Shown in pieces: positions 10,186 to 19,382 of a DNA stretch of 53,656 nucleotides (within the stretch, counting starts at the first letter, position 1; every line of letters starts with the position of its first letter). The DNA is from Bacteriovoracia bacterium (GTDB taxonomy: Bacteria; Bdellovibrionota; Bacteriovoracia; Bacteriovoracales; Bacteriovoracaceae), in the NCBI GenBank assembly GCA_046570105.1, contig JBKHVI010000013.1:1-53656 (forward strand), written 5' to 3'. The position numbers and the translations under genes were made by a program. Below the pieces are notes generated by a model. That model searched no databases, was not told the origin of the DNA, and was given only the letters and a program-made list of their open reading frames with translations.

Positions 10186-10212
10186 TTATCGGTAGTGGAG
10201 TAGAAAGGTTGA
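10186..10212 (-). promoter_or_regulatory. Putative sigma28/FliA-type promoter of the amidase operon
   Basis: Minus strand TCAA-N15-ACCGATAA, 8 nt before the ATG. Confidence 0.55.
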
Positions 10213-10299
10213 GTTTCCAGGGTTGAAAAGGCTTTGCTTTCAGCAATTATACTTGTTTATGCGCTTGCTCAGGGTGTCTAGGCCGTGCACAATAGTTGT

Positions 10300-10617
10300 A
10301 TGGAGGATAAGTTATTGAAGTTTAAATCCTTTGCGGACTTCTATCCCTACTATTTGCGGGAGCACAATAATTTGATGTGTCGCCGTCTGCATTTTATTGG
10401 GACTAGTTTTGTGCTTGCTGCCGCTGCCGGTTTTTTTGTGACCGGTGAACTACCTCTTCTTATTGTACTACCTGTCGCCGGCTACGGCTTCGCTTGGTAC
10501 GGCCATTTCGTTTACGAAAAAAACAAACCCGCAAGTTTCAAGTTTCCTCTCTACTCTCTGATGGGTGATTTCAAAATGTTCTGGGATATTCTTTCTGGAA
10601 AGCTCAAAGCGTTCTAG
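10300..10617 (+). CDS. DUF962 / Mpo1-like membrane protein
   Basis: FADFYPYYLREH..CRRLHFIG, GYGFAWYGHFVYEKNKPASF. Confidence 0.9.
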   Translation: MEDKLLKFKSFADFYPYYLREHNNLMCRRLHFIGTSFVLAAAAGFFVTGELPLLIVLPVAGYGFAWYGHFVYEKNKPASFKFPLYSLMGDFKMFWDILSGKLKAF

Positions 10618-10705
10618 CTGCTTCAAAACAGAATTACATCGCTATTTCATGGTTTAAAAATTTCTAACGTAAAACGTAGATGATATTTCTTGCTTATCTA
10701 GTTTA

Positions 10706-10723
10706 GTTGCCATTTTTGGCAAC
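10706..10723. promoter_or_regulatory. Palindromic operator upstream of the TA pair
   Basis: GTTGCCA-TTTT-TGGCAAC, a perfect 7-bp inverted repeat next to RBS gagg. Confidence 0.65.
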
Positions 10724-10736
10724 AAGAGGTAAGTTT

Positions 10737-11021
10737 ATGAGGCGAGTCTATCCAGTCCGCATGATTATAAACGAGTGGTTTATTGAAAAAGTTGTAATCG
10801 ATGACCACTATGAGCTCAAGCATAGCGAGAGTATAAATGATAAGCTTATTCTAGATTTAGTCGAGCTCTTGAGTAATAGTACGGAGCTTCGAGTTAGTGA
10901 AAGAGATCACTACTCCTATTTTGTGTCAGAGCTTCAGCTCAGAGCTAAATGGTATCGACTAATTTGGCTTTACGAGGATAATCAGGATTATATTGGCATC
11001 ATTAATGCGCATAGGATTTGA
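10737..11021 (+). CDS. Putative type II toxin (RelE/BrnT-like fold)
   Basis: 94 aa, C-terminal YRLIW...IGIINAHR strand pattern; directly upstream of an HTH gene; AT-rich. Confidence 0.55.
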   Translation: MRRVYPVRMIINEWFIEKVVIDDHYELKHSESINDKLILDLVELLSNSTELRVSERDHYSYFVSELQLRAKWYRLIWLYEDNQDYIGIINAHRI

Positions 11022-11022
11022 T

Positions 11023-11325
11023 ATGGGATTTCCTTCAGAAAAAGAATTAGCGCGTATAAGAAAAAAACTAGCAACAGTGGAAGGGACTCTATTCTTAAAA
11101 GAGAATCCAACTCCTCTTGAAAGGTTTCGCTGGGATATTTGTCAGCTATTTGTGAAATATTTAAAAAAAAATGATCTCACGCAAAAAGAACTAGCAGAGT
11201 TGTTAAGGATAGATGCTCCAAAAATGAGTAAAATTTTACATCACAGAATAGATGAGTTTTCTACAGATCGCCTGATTGAGCTGTATGCGAAAATAAATCC
11301 TGAATTGAAGCTTAAGGTTAGCTAG
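11023..11325 (+). CDS. XRE/HigA2-like HTH antitoxin
   Basis: LTQKELAELLRIDAPKMSKIL...DEFSTDRLI. Confidence 0.8.
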   Translation: MGFPSEKELARIRKKLATVEGTLFLKENPTPLERFRWDICQLFVKYLKKNDLTQKELAELLRIDAPKMSKILHHRIDEFSTDRLIELYAKINPELKLKVS

Positions 11326-12107
11326 CTGCTCGCACTCGAATAACTTCTTAAACCCTTTTTCCATAAGAACAGCATAAACGCCCACATGAGAAGTGTGACG
11401 CCTGCTAGATGCCAAAAGAGTCCAGGCGTGGTGGGCCCAAAGAAAAGCCGTGCAGGAAAACTCACGATGAGTGAAAAGGGAAGAATGGCGGTAAGGAGCC
11501 AGCGAAGCGCTCCACGATATATTAAATCTGGTCGCTCAATGGCAGTGCCCATACTAAAGAAGAAATCATTAAAGCCACGGCTACTTTGTGTCCAGAAAAC
11601 GGGGATGACAAAAATCATCTGTAAAACATAATGCAACAGCCAGCCATTTATGATCAGACCTAGGTAGAACAAAAGTTGCAGCAATGTATATGGCGATTCT
11701 AGATTTGCCAGTGCCATTCCAAAAATTGTGCCGGCAATCAGAAGATTCACAAAAGAGTTGGCAGCAAACTCTCTGAGCGAAATGAAAAAGAGCGTACTTA
11801 CCGGACGGGTAAGATAGGTATCAAAATCACCACGATTCACAAAATAGGGGAGCCACCACATATTGCTGGCGAAGACCGTCATATGAAGAGCATCGATTAA
11901 AAGATAACTTGAAACAAACACCATGACTTGGTCTTCACTCCAGCCGGCCAGTGTCGGCGTGTTAAGAAAGATGACTTTATAAAAAGCGATATTCACCGCA
12001 TAGAAAAAGCAGTCCATGATGATCTTGAAGGTGAAGTCCAAGCGAAATTCCATGGCACGGCTAAATGAGAAGCGCAAAAAATGCAGATAGAGGCGCAGAT
12101 ATCTCAC
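11322..12107 (-). CDS. ABC-2 family permease
   Basis: Multi-TM; RGDFDTYLTRPVS; YSSASS end. Confidence 0.85.
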   Translation of the reverse strand: MRYLRLYLHFLRFSFSRAMEFRLDFTFKIIMDCFFYAVNIAFYKVIFLNTPTLAGWSEDQVMVFVSSYLLIDALHMTVFASNMWWLPYFVNRGDFDTYLTRPVSTLFFISLREFAANSFVNLLIAGTIFGMALANLESPYTLLQLLFYLGLIINGWLLHYVLQMIFVIPVFWTQSSRGFNDFFFSMGTAIERPDLIYRGALRWLLTAILPFSLIVSFPARLFFGPTTPGLFWHLAGVTLLMWAFMLFLWKKGLRSYSSASS

Positions 12108-12907
12108 ATTCCCACCCCTGTGTATTTGAGATTACCTTTACGCCACATCAGTCGAACACAGGTGGCGAGAATTGGAATCCAAACCAGCATAACGATAAAT
12201 GACTGGAGTGATTCGGCCGGAGTCGCGCGGCCAAGAATTAATTTAACTGGACCTGACACCATCGCCGCAAAAGGGAGATAATTTAAAATGGTTTGGATGT
12301 GCTCTGGGAAGAAGGCCAAGGGAAGAAAAGCACCTCCCAAGAAACCGGCAATAAATCGCAGCATCACTCCCAGTGTCCAAGTATTATCGGCCCAGAATGC
12401 CACCATTTCACACATTGCCATAAAACAGAAATACCCAAGGGCCGCCACCATTAGATAGCCAATGCCGGCAACTAAACGAAGGAGCTCTGAGATCTCTACG
12501 GCAGCGGGATTGAGAATAAAGCGGCCAATGGAATAGAGAATCGCCATCTGTAGCAGATAAAAACCCGAGTAGGTCATGTAGGTGAGTACTTTGTAACCTA
12601 ATGCAGGTAGAGGCCAGACGAGATAACGATTAAGTCCTCCATCATATATTTCTCGCGAGAGAAAACCGATATTTTCACCCATCAGGATTTTTAGTGTGAG
12701 TGGAGCGAGTAGATAATAAAGAGTTAGCTCAGGCAAACTCATGCCTTGCATTTGAGTGAGATTATTAGTTTCAAAAATCGTCTGCCAAAGTGCGCGGGCA
12801 ATAAAAAGCTGCACCAGAGCTTGGCCCAGGAAATTCACCCAGAAATCGGAGCGGTAAGCGAGAATTTTACGGATCTCAGTTGAGATAACTCGCTTATGCC
12901 AACTCAT
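12104..12907 (-). CDS. ABC-2 family permease
   Basis: Multi-TM; EIYDGGLNRYLVWP, GAFLPLAFFP. Confidence 0.85.
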   Translation of the reverse strand: MSWHKRVISTEIRKILAYRSDFWVNFLGQALVQLFIARALWQTIFETNNLTQMQGMSLPELTLYYLLAPLTLKILMGENIGFLSREIYDGGLNRYLVWPLPALGYKVLTYMTYSGFYLLQMAILYSIGRFILNPAAVEISELLRLVAGIGYLMVAALGYFCFMAMCEMVAFWADNTWTLGVMLRFIAGFLGGAFLPLAFFPEHIQTILNYLPFAAMVSGPVKLILGRATPAESLQSFIVMLVWIPILATCVRLMWRKGNLKYTGVGM

Positions 12908-13881
12908 GAGCCACCCTTTCGAAGGAAGCTTTCAATCACTTCTTCGATCGGAGGATCTTGAATGGTGAGATCTGTCGGTTGAAAATTCTTTAAGAGATAG
13001 TCCATCGAACCTGATAAATGATTTCGAGTGGTCGAAAGAGTGATTTTGTTTTTATCAACGTCGAGCGTTCCTAGCTCTGCCCTTAGCTCTGGAATGGTTG
13101 TCGGCGCATCTTCTAGCGTCATCACCAGTTTCTTCTTCTCGCCAAATTGAGCTTGGATAGTGGTGAGTGCCCCATCATAGATCAGTTCGCCAGATTTAAT
13201 CAGAATCACTCGCTCGCAGAGCTCTTTGATGTCTTCCATGTAGTGTGAGGTGAGAAGAATAATAGGTTTAAATTCACGTTGATAATTTTTAAGAAAGCCT
13301 CGCACCGCTTTTTGTGCCATGAGATCTAGACCGATGGTGGGTTCATCGAGATACACCACATTCGGGCGATGGAGAAGTGCGCCCATCAATTCCACTTTCA
13401 TCCTCTCACCTAGCGAGAGTTTTCTGACCTGCACTTTGAGCTGATCCTTAATTTGCAAGACATCCGCGAGAAATTCGATCTGTTGCTTATAGAGTTGATC
13501 TGGAATCTGATAGATTTCTTTAAGGAGCATATAAGAATCGAGGGCAGGAAGATCATACCAAAGCTGGGCCTTCTGGCCCATGATGAGTGCCATTTGTCGG
13601 CGCAAATTATCATCACGGTCCCAAGGGTTGTGTCCCAGTACACTCACCACTCCTTCAGTGGGATGAATGATACCGGCCAGGATTTTTACGAGAGTCGTTT
13701 TTCCGGCACCATTAGCACCAATCAAACCGACCATCTCACCTTGTTTAATATTGAGGGAGACATTATTAAGCGCTGTCTTGGTGATGTACTTACGCGAAAC
13801 GAGTCCCTTAATTGAGCCCAAGAGCCCTGGCTCTTTGGTTGAGACTTTAAATGTCTTTTGCAGATTTTTGACAACAATCAT
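12904..13881 (-). CDS. ABC transporter ATP-binding protein
   Basis: GANGAGKTT, LSLGERM, LDEPTIGLD. Confidence 0.92.
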   Translation of the reverse strand: MIVVKNLQKTFKVSTKEPGLLGSIKGLVSRKYITKTALNNVSLNIKQGEMVGLIGANGAGKTTLVKILAGIIHPTEGVVSVLGHNPWDRDDNLRRQMALIMGQKAQLWYDLPALDSYMLLKEIYQIPDQLYKQQIEFLADVLQIKDQLKVQVRKLSLGERMKVELMGALLHRPNVVYLDEPTIGLDLMAQKAVRGFLKNYQREFKPIILLTSHYMEDIKELCERVILIKSGELIYDGALTTIQAQFGEKKKLVMTLEDAPTTIPELRAELGTLDVDKNKITLSTTRNHLSGSMDYLLKNFQPTDLTIQDPPIEEVIESFLRKGGS

Positions 13882-15059
13882 GACCAGAGTATCCCTTTTA
13901 AATAATTCCCTTCGTGAAAACCTTTGAAGGTGGGGCAGTCGTCTCTAAGTGTGTAGCGTGTTTTCATTTTAAGACGCTGGCCAGGCAAACCTTTTAAGTG
14001 CGCTTCGAACTTGGCACTAGTCACGGTATGAGTATTTAAAAAACTCAACAGTTGTCCTTCGGGGGCCAATAGCTCTTGTAGATCACTCCATTGTTTCTCA
14101 TAAGCTTGCAAAGCGGATGTTCTTTTTTGCCCGTCACTGGACGCACTCGGTGGATCAGAGATGATAAAATCAAACTTCTGTCCTTCACTTTTTAAAATCC
14201 GAAGTGCCTCTTCTGTCGCCATCTTCATGGAGCGATGAGTGCCGCTGAATTGATTAAGTGCTAAATTTTCATCTAGCCAGCCAAGGTATTTCGCAGAGAG
14301 ATCCACAGAAACCACTTCAGCACTTCCAAGCTGGAGTGCTTGCAGCGAAAAAGCACCGGTATAGCTGTAGAGATTGAGCACACGCTTTTTGTTGGTGAGT
14401 TCTGGCTTCAAAGCAAAGCGCACGGCCGCCATATCAGCATAGAGTCCATAATCATAGGCTTCGCCTAAACGAGCAATGATTTTAAAGCCGTCCTCATTGA
14501 CGGGAAAAGTGACGATTTTATTTTCGTTATTCCAAAGCGTCGGAGGTTTTTGACCTGAGCCATCTTCCGAGCGAGTTTGAATCCATAATTTGTCTTCAGA
14601 TATCTCGGGAAAGTATTTTAGTAACAGTGGTTTGAGTTCCGGAAAAAAGTCACGCCAACAAAGTGCATAGAACTGCACAATGAAATGCTCGCCAAGTTGC
14701 AAGAGCATCAGCCCTGGGAAATTATCCACTTCGCCAAAAATCCAGTAACGATCGTCGCGCACTTTAAAACTTGCCAGCTCCATGCGCTTAGCTCGAGCTT
14801 GTTTGAGTCGCTCTTCGACTTCGGGCCAGAACATTTTTTCATTCCAAGGACGAGTCAGACTCCAAAGCCTACCACGTACCACTTTGTGATTCGGATCATG
14901 CAGCAAGATCCCAATATCCATTTTGCGATCGTCTTGCCCCACCACAAATTTGGCTTCACGAGGAAAGCGACGAGAAAAAGCATCCAGCGTCACCCAAGGA
15001 TGGCCTTGGCGCATAAGTTTGATGGAGATGGGATGAAGGGCGCAGCGAGGAGGGTGCAT
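13878..15059 (-). CDS. Class I SAM-dependent rRNA methyltransferase (RlmI-like)
   Basis: GHPWV, VLNLYSYTGAFS, VDLS and FDFIISDPP motifs; start estimated. Confidence 0.85.
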   Translation of the reverse strand: MHPPRCALHPISIKLMRQGHPWVTLDAFSRRFPREAKFVVGQDDRKMDIGILLHDPNHKVVRGRLWSLTRPWNEKMFWPEVEERLKQARAKRMELASFKVRDDRYWIFGEVDNFPGLMLLQLGEHFIVQFYALCWRDFFPELKPLLLKYFPEISEDKLWIQTRSEDGSGQKPPTLWNNENKIVTFPVNEDGFKIIARLGEAYDYGLYADMAAVRFALKPELTNKKRVLNLYSYTGAFSLQALQLGSAEVVSVDLSAKYLGWLDENLALNQFSGTHRSMKMATEEALRILKSEGQKFDFIISDPPSASSDGQKRTSALQAYEKQWSDLQELLAPEGQLLSFLNTHTVTSAKFEAHLKGLPGQRLKMKTRYTLRDDCPTFKGFHEGNYLKGILWS

Positions 15060-15064
15060 GAAGA

Positions 15065-15355
15065 CTATCGCGAGAGGGATCTCGTCCTTTCTTCCAGTGC
15101 ATCCAGCATTTGCAATACAAGATTCGTAAATTGAAACGGATCTTGTATTTGAATGGAGTAGAAATTCAAAATCTGCTGGCATTCGTTATCGACTTGGCCG
15201 GCAAACGGATCAAAATTTTGCGCCAAAAATTGTAAACGCTTCTGATGAAGTTCAAGTGTTTTATTTGAACGGGTACGTTTCAAACTTGAAACAAAACTCT
15301 CTAAAGGAGTCTTTCCTAAAGATTTAGGTGTCGAACTTACGTCTTGTTGAAGCAT
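15065..15355 (-). CDS. Hypothetical protein
   Basis: 96-aa ORF heading the methyltransferase/ABC operon; TTGACT-17-TAGAAA promoter 6 nt before the ATG. Confidence 0.65.
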   Translation of the reverse strand: MLQQDVSSTPKSLGKTPLESFVSSLKRTRSNKTLELHQKRLQFLAQNFDPFAGQVDNECQQILNFYSIQIQDPFQFTNLVLQMLDALEERTRSLSR

Positions 15356-15410
15356 GTTAAGTTTCTAAATGACTTTATGCGCAAAGTCAATCAACGGGAC
15401 AGCACACTCT

Positions 15411-16283
15411 ATGAATCTTATTTTGCTTATGCTCTTTTTAGCTCTGCTCTCATGGCTTATGGCCGGATTTTGGCTAGAAGAAATTAAATTTTCGTGGCGC
15501 AGAGTTCCTGCCTCAGAACAACTCAATCGCTGGCTGCAATCGTGGCAACTATTAGGCTCACAGGGAGGCGCCTTGTCTCAGTTAGGTGTTATTCCCCAGT
15601 ACAAATTTTTTAGTCGTCTTGCTGAGGAAGGTTTGCGGCAAGCGCGCACCTTTGGATCTTTTCCTAAAGATCTTATTTGGGAGTGGCGCGATGGAGTGGC
15701 AAAGGAAAAAGCTTTTGATCAGCGCTGGCAAGGAATTCGTATCAGCGCTTGGTTGCAGTTTGCCATGTTTACCGCCATTACTTGGGTCTTGGTGTATATG
15801 ACGGGAGATCTGGTGGGTGCAATTCCTCGTGTCGTGTATGTGGTGATGCTCGTTATTCAAGGAATGGGTTTTGCGTTTTTTTCACCTTTAGTTAAATTTA
15901 TGATGGCCCGGCGCTTGAAGGGTTTTGCAGAATTGCTTGAGAGCCTTTATGTCATGCGCACACTAAGTGCTGCTGCTCTACCAACGAGTAAAGTCATCAG
16001 CGAAGCCAAGTTAGAGAGAATTGTGACGATAAAAACCCTTATCTTGCAGCCTCTTATCGAGCGCGTGCAAGAGCTGGCCGTGCTCTATCAAAAACAAGGG
16101 GGAGCATTGGGGCGCGAAGCACAAATTTTACTGCAAGAGTGCTGGTTTTTACGTGAGGAGGGGATGACGAAGCTCACTAAGACCGCTGAAGGTCTTAAGC
16201 TGGTCTTTTTGTTGTGCTTTTTTGCTGGGCCTTATTTTCTTTTCTTGAGTGTCTTGATCTTTCAGGTGCTCCAGACGAACTAG
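15411..16283 (+). CDS. Membrane protein, possibly a divergent TadB/T2SS-F platform protein
   Basis: TM-cytoplasmic helical domain-TM repeated twice; near the Tad cluster. Confidence 0.4.
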   Translation: MNLILLMLFLALLSWLMAGFWLEEIKFSWRRVPASEQLNRWLQSWQLLGSQGGALSQLGVIPQYKFFSRLAEEGLRQARTFGSFPKDLIWEWRDGVAKEKAFDQRWQGIRISAWLQFAMFTAITWVLVYMTGDLVGAIPRVVYVVMLVIQGMGFAFFSPLVKFMMARRLKGFAELLESLYVMRTLSAAALPTSKVISEAKLERIVTIKTLILQPLIERVQELAVLYQKQGGALGREAQILLQECWFLREEGMTKLTKTAEGLKLVFLLCFFAGPYFLFLSVLIFQVLQTN

Positions 16284-16333
16284 TCAAGCGAGCGAACTTC
16301 TGCTTAAATGGTGCCACTTTCAAAGGTGGTACC

Positions 16334-18016
16334 ATGTCAGATAAAGAAATTATCTTTTCACTCTATAAAGCTGGAAAAGTTTATCCTAATAAAAAACAAG
16401 TCCTGCGCGATATTTCCATTTCGTTTTTCTATGGCGCCAAAATTGGTGTTTTGGGTTTAAACGGCGCTGGTAAATCATCTCTTCTCAAAATTATTGCTGG
16501 CACCGACAAAGATTTTAACGGTGAACTTAATCGCTCGAAAGGCATCAGCTACGGCATGCTCGAGCAAGAGCCATTGCTTGATCCAGAGAAAACAGTTCGC
16601 GAAGTGGTGCAAGAAGGTTTGCAAGAAATTGTGAACATTGTGAATCGCTACGAAGAAGTGAATAACAAGCTCGGCGAAACGATGTCTGACGATGAGATGA
16701 ATAAACTCCTCGAAGAGCAATCATTGTTGCAGGACAAGATGGATGCATCGAACGCGTGGGATTTGGATTCTCGTCTCGAACTCGCCATGGAAGCACTTCG
16801 CTGTCCTCCTTCTGATCAAAAATGTGGCGTGCTCTCCGGTGGTGAAAAGCGCCGAGTGGCTTTGTGCAAACTTCTTTTGCAAGAGCCTGACGTACTTCTC
16901 TTGGATGAGCCGACCAACCATTTGGATGCAGAATCAGTCTTCTGGCTTGAGCGCCATTTGCAATCTTATAAAGGAACCATCATCGCGGTTACCCACGATC
17001 GTTACTTTCTCGATAATGTCGCCGGCTGGATTTTAGAACTCGACCGTGGCCACGGTATTCCATATCAAGGAAATTATTCTTCTTGGCTTGAGCAAAAAGG
17101 TGCTCGCTTGGCGAAAGAAGAAAAAACTGAATCAAAACGCCAAAAGGCGATGGCGGAAGAACTTGAGTGGATTCGCTCCAGTGCTAAAGCTCGTCACGCC
17201 AAGAGCAAAGCTCGTATTGCGAACTATGAAAAAATGCTGGCTGATTCTAAGACAGAAAAGCGTAACGAGACGAATGATCTCTTCATCCCACCAGGACCGC
17301 GTCTTGGGGATGTGGTCATTGAGGCCAATAACATTTCCAAAGCATTTGGTGACAAGGTTCTTTATGAGAACCTGACTTTCAAGCTTCCTCCCGGTGGAAT
17401 TGTCGGCATTATCGGTCCCAACGGTGCTGGTAAAACCACTCTCTTTAAAATGATCACCGGCCAAGAGAAGCCTGATGCCGGAACATTTAAAATGGGTGAG
17501 ACGGCCAAGATTGCTTACGTTGATCAGGGCCGCGTGATGGATGGTGATAAAACCGTTATGCAAGAAGTGGTCGATGGACTCGACGTACTTAAAATTGGCG
17601 GCCGTGAAATCAACTCTCGTGCTTACTTGGGTAAATTCAACTTCTCGGGTGACGATCACTCAAAGCGTATCCGTGAGCTTTCTGGTGGTGAGAAAAACCG
17701 TGTTCACTTGGCAAAAGTTCTAAAAGAAGAAGGCAACGTTCTTCTTTTGGATGAACCGACCAACGATCTTGATGTGAATACACTTCAAGCTCTGGAGCGC
17801 GCACTGATGGAGTTCCCAGGTTGTGCTGTCGTGATTTCCCATGATCGCTACTTCTTAGATCGTATTTGTACGCATATTTTAGCTTTTGAGGGTGACTCAC
17901 AAGTGGTGTGGTTTGACGGTAACTTCTCTGACTATCACGAAGACCTTCGTCGTCGTGTGGGTGCGAAGGCCGATGTACCAAGCCGCGTGACTTATAAGAA
18001 GCTCACTCGCGTCTAA
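16334..18016 (+). CDS. ettA: Energy-dependent translational throttle protein EttA (ABC-F)
   Basis: GAKIGVLGLNGAGKS, two ABC cassettes, IPPGPRLG linker, YKKLTR end. Confidence 0.93.
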   Translation: MSDKEIIFSLYKAGKVYPNKKQVLRDISISFFYGAKIGVLGLNGAGKSSLLKIIAGTDKDFNGELNRSKGISYGMLEQEPLLDPEKTVREVVQEGLQEIVNIVNRYEEVNNKLGETMSDDEMNKLLEEQSLLQDKMDASNAWDLDSRLELAMEALRCPPSDQKCGVLSGGEKRRVALCKLLLQEPDVLLLDEPTNHLDAESVFWLERHLQSYKGTIIAVTHDRYFLDNVAGWILELDRGHGIPYQGNYSSWLEQKGARLAKEEKTESKRQKAMAEELEWIRSSAKARHAKSKARIANYEKMLADSKTEKRNETNDLFIPPGPRLGDVVIEANNISKAFGDKVLYENLTFKLPPGGIVGIIGPNGAGKTTLFKMITGQEKPDAGTFKMGETAKIAYVDQGRVMDGDKTVMQEVVDGLDVLKIGGREINSRAYLGKFNFSGDDHSKRIRELSGGEKNRVHLAKVLKEEGNVLLLDEPTNDLDVNTLQALERALMEFPGCAVVISHDRYFLDRICTHILAFEGDSQVVWFDGNFSDYHEDLRRRVGAKADVPSRVTYKKLTRV

Positions 18017-18618
18017 TGTACGCTCCCAAAAAATACCAAATGGATCAGACGATAGCGGCGGATTTTATCCGTCGCTATCCCTTCGCGACGCTGGTGGGAG
18101 TGGTAGAAAATCTTCCCTCCATCAATCACATTCCACTCAATATTGAAGACAGCGCCCTTTGGGGCCATGTGGCCTATGCTAATCCGTTATGGAAAGAGCT
18201 CGCAGGCACTCAAGTCTCAGCAGTATTTCACGGTCCCCACGCTTTTATTGATCACCGCTGGTATGAGAATCCTTCCATGGAAGTGCCGACCTGGAATTAT
18301 GCCGTTGTTCATGTCAGTGGCACTCTTACAGCGATCCATGAACCCGGGGAACTTTTAAAGGCCCTTGATCGTCTGCAGAGCGCGATGAATGAGGTACCTA
18401 CCTGGGCTAAGAATTTGCCCCCTGATCTCGCCTCTCCGGGAGTGTTAGAGAAGAGCATCGTGGGGCTTAAGATTGATATTCAAGATATCCAGGTCAAATT
18501 TAAGCTCTCCCAGAATAAGAACAGCGAGAACCAAAAACGCGTTATTGAGGCCTTAACAGCTAGTCCCCGGCACGAAGATAACGAAGTCGCCAGGCTCATG
18601 CGCCAAGTGCTGACTTAG
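18016..18618 (+). CDS. paiB: PaiB-like FMN-binding negative transcriptional regulator
   Basis: GHVAYANP, FHGPHAFI, VPTWNYAVVH, KFKLSQNK. Confidence 0.88.
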   Translation: MYAPKKYQMDQTIAADFIRRYPFATLVGVVENLPSINHIPLNIEDSALWGHVAYANPLWKELAGTQVSAVFHGPHAFIDHRWYENPSMEVPTWNYAVVHVSGTLTAIHEPGELLKALDRLQSAMNEVPTWAKNLPPDLASPGVLEKSIVGLKIDIQDIQVKFKLSQNKNSENQKRVIEALTASPRHEDNEVARLMRQVLT

Positions 18619-18690
18619 AGTCGACTCTATCAACAAGTAAAAATTTCCAAAGCCCCAAAAAGAGGACAATTTCAGGCGAAACTCTTCGTT

Positions 18691-19062
18691 ATGAAATACT
18701 TAATTTTAACACTCCTCGTGTCGCTTCCTACTTTTGCTTCTCAAAGCTGTAATCTCGGCGTGCCTGAGACACTGCCGCTTGAGTCGATGCAGTCTTTGCA
18801 AATGAAGGGCTACCGCTTAATCCCGCTTAGCTCAGTTCAAGATGATGATTATTATTTAAGCTACCACCGTGATCAACGCGTCGGTTGGATCTCTGGTTTT
18901 TTCTGTACCACTCAGTATGCAGAAGTGACCTTGAAGCGCAAAGGTGTCTACAATGTGCCGGTTGAAACCGTCAGCTTTTCAAGCTGTAATGATCGCTCGG
19001 TGATCTACAATATGAATAAAAAAGAAGCTAAAGCGTTTAAGAAATTTCCGCGTTGTCGTTAA
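18691..19062 (+). CDS. Secreted hypothetical protein
   Basis: Signal peptide MKYLILTLLVSLPTFA; 4 Cys. Confidence 0.7.
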   Translation: MKYLILTLLVSLPTFASQSCNLGVPETLPLESMQSLQMKGYRLIPLSSVQDDDYYLSYHRDQRVGWISGFFCTTQYAEVTLKRKGVYNVPVETVSFSSCNDRSVIYNMNKKEAKAFKKFPRCR

Positions 19063-19277
19063 GCAGCTTTACGTTTTTTGCGGACACACTTTTGAGCAAA
19101 AAGCGCATGCTCTCTAATTTTCAATTCGATTTTCTTCGGAGTAATTTTTTTCTTTTCGTGCTCTAGGTCAGCAAGGATATTAAAAACTAAATCACTGACA
19201 TGTTCTCGTGGGTTAAGTTCGGGGCATAGCTCTTTACAAGCATTATAGATTTGAATGATGGCCTCTTCTGTTTTCAT
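19059..19277 (-). CDS. Small basic hypothetical protein
   Basis: 72-aa ORF from MKTEEA with a purine-rich leader; ends KKRKAA. Confidence 0.55.
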   Translation of the reverse strand: MKTEEAIIQIYNACKELCPELNPREHVSDLVFNILADLEHEKKKITPKKIELKIREHALFAQKCVRKKRKAA

Positions 19278-19382
19278 AAAAGAACCCTGCCTTTCCTCCT
19301 CTTGTCGGTAAATACACTTACGTTTTTTAGTCATAATTAATAGCTAGGAAGGAATGCCATTTAGTTACTAGTTCATGTGGGT

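Noticed and set aside
16214..16333. N-terminal extensions in the ORF track (ettA at 16214; also 6520, 15182, 37300, 46429, 49515)
   Set aside because: They overlap neighbouring genes or promoters; downstream ATGs fit an RBS or the family N-terminus better.
14685..17659. Long antisense or alternate-frame ORFs such as 14685-15134 (+) and 17132-17659 (-), and similar ones across the window
   Set aside because: They shadow well-supported genes and lack an RBS, promoter or recognisable motif, unlike 21744-21902.
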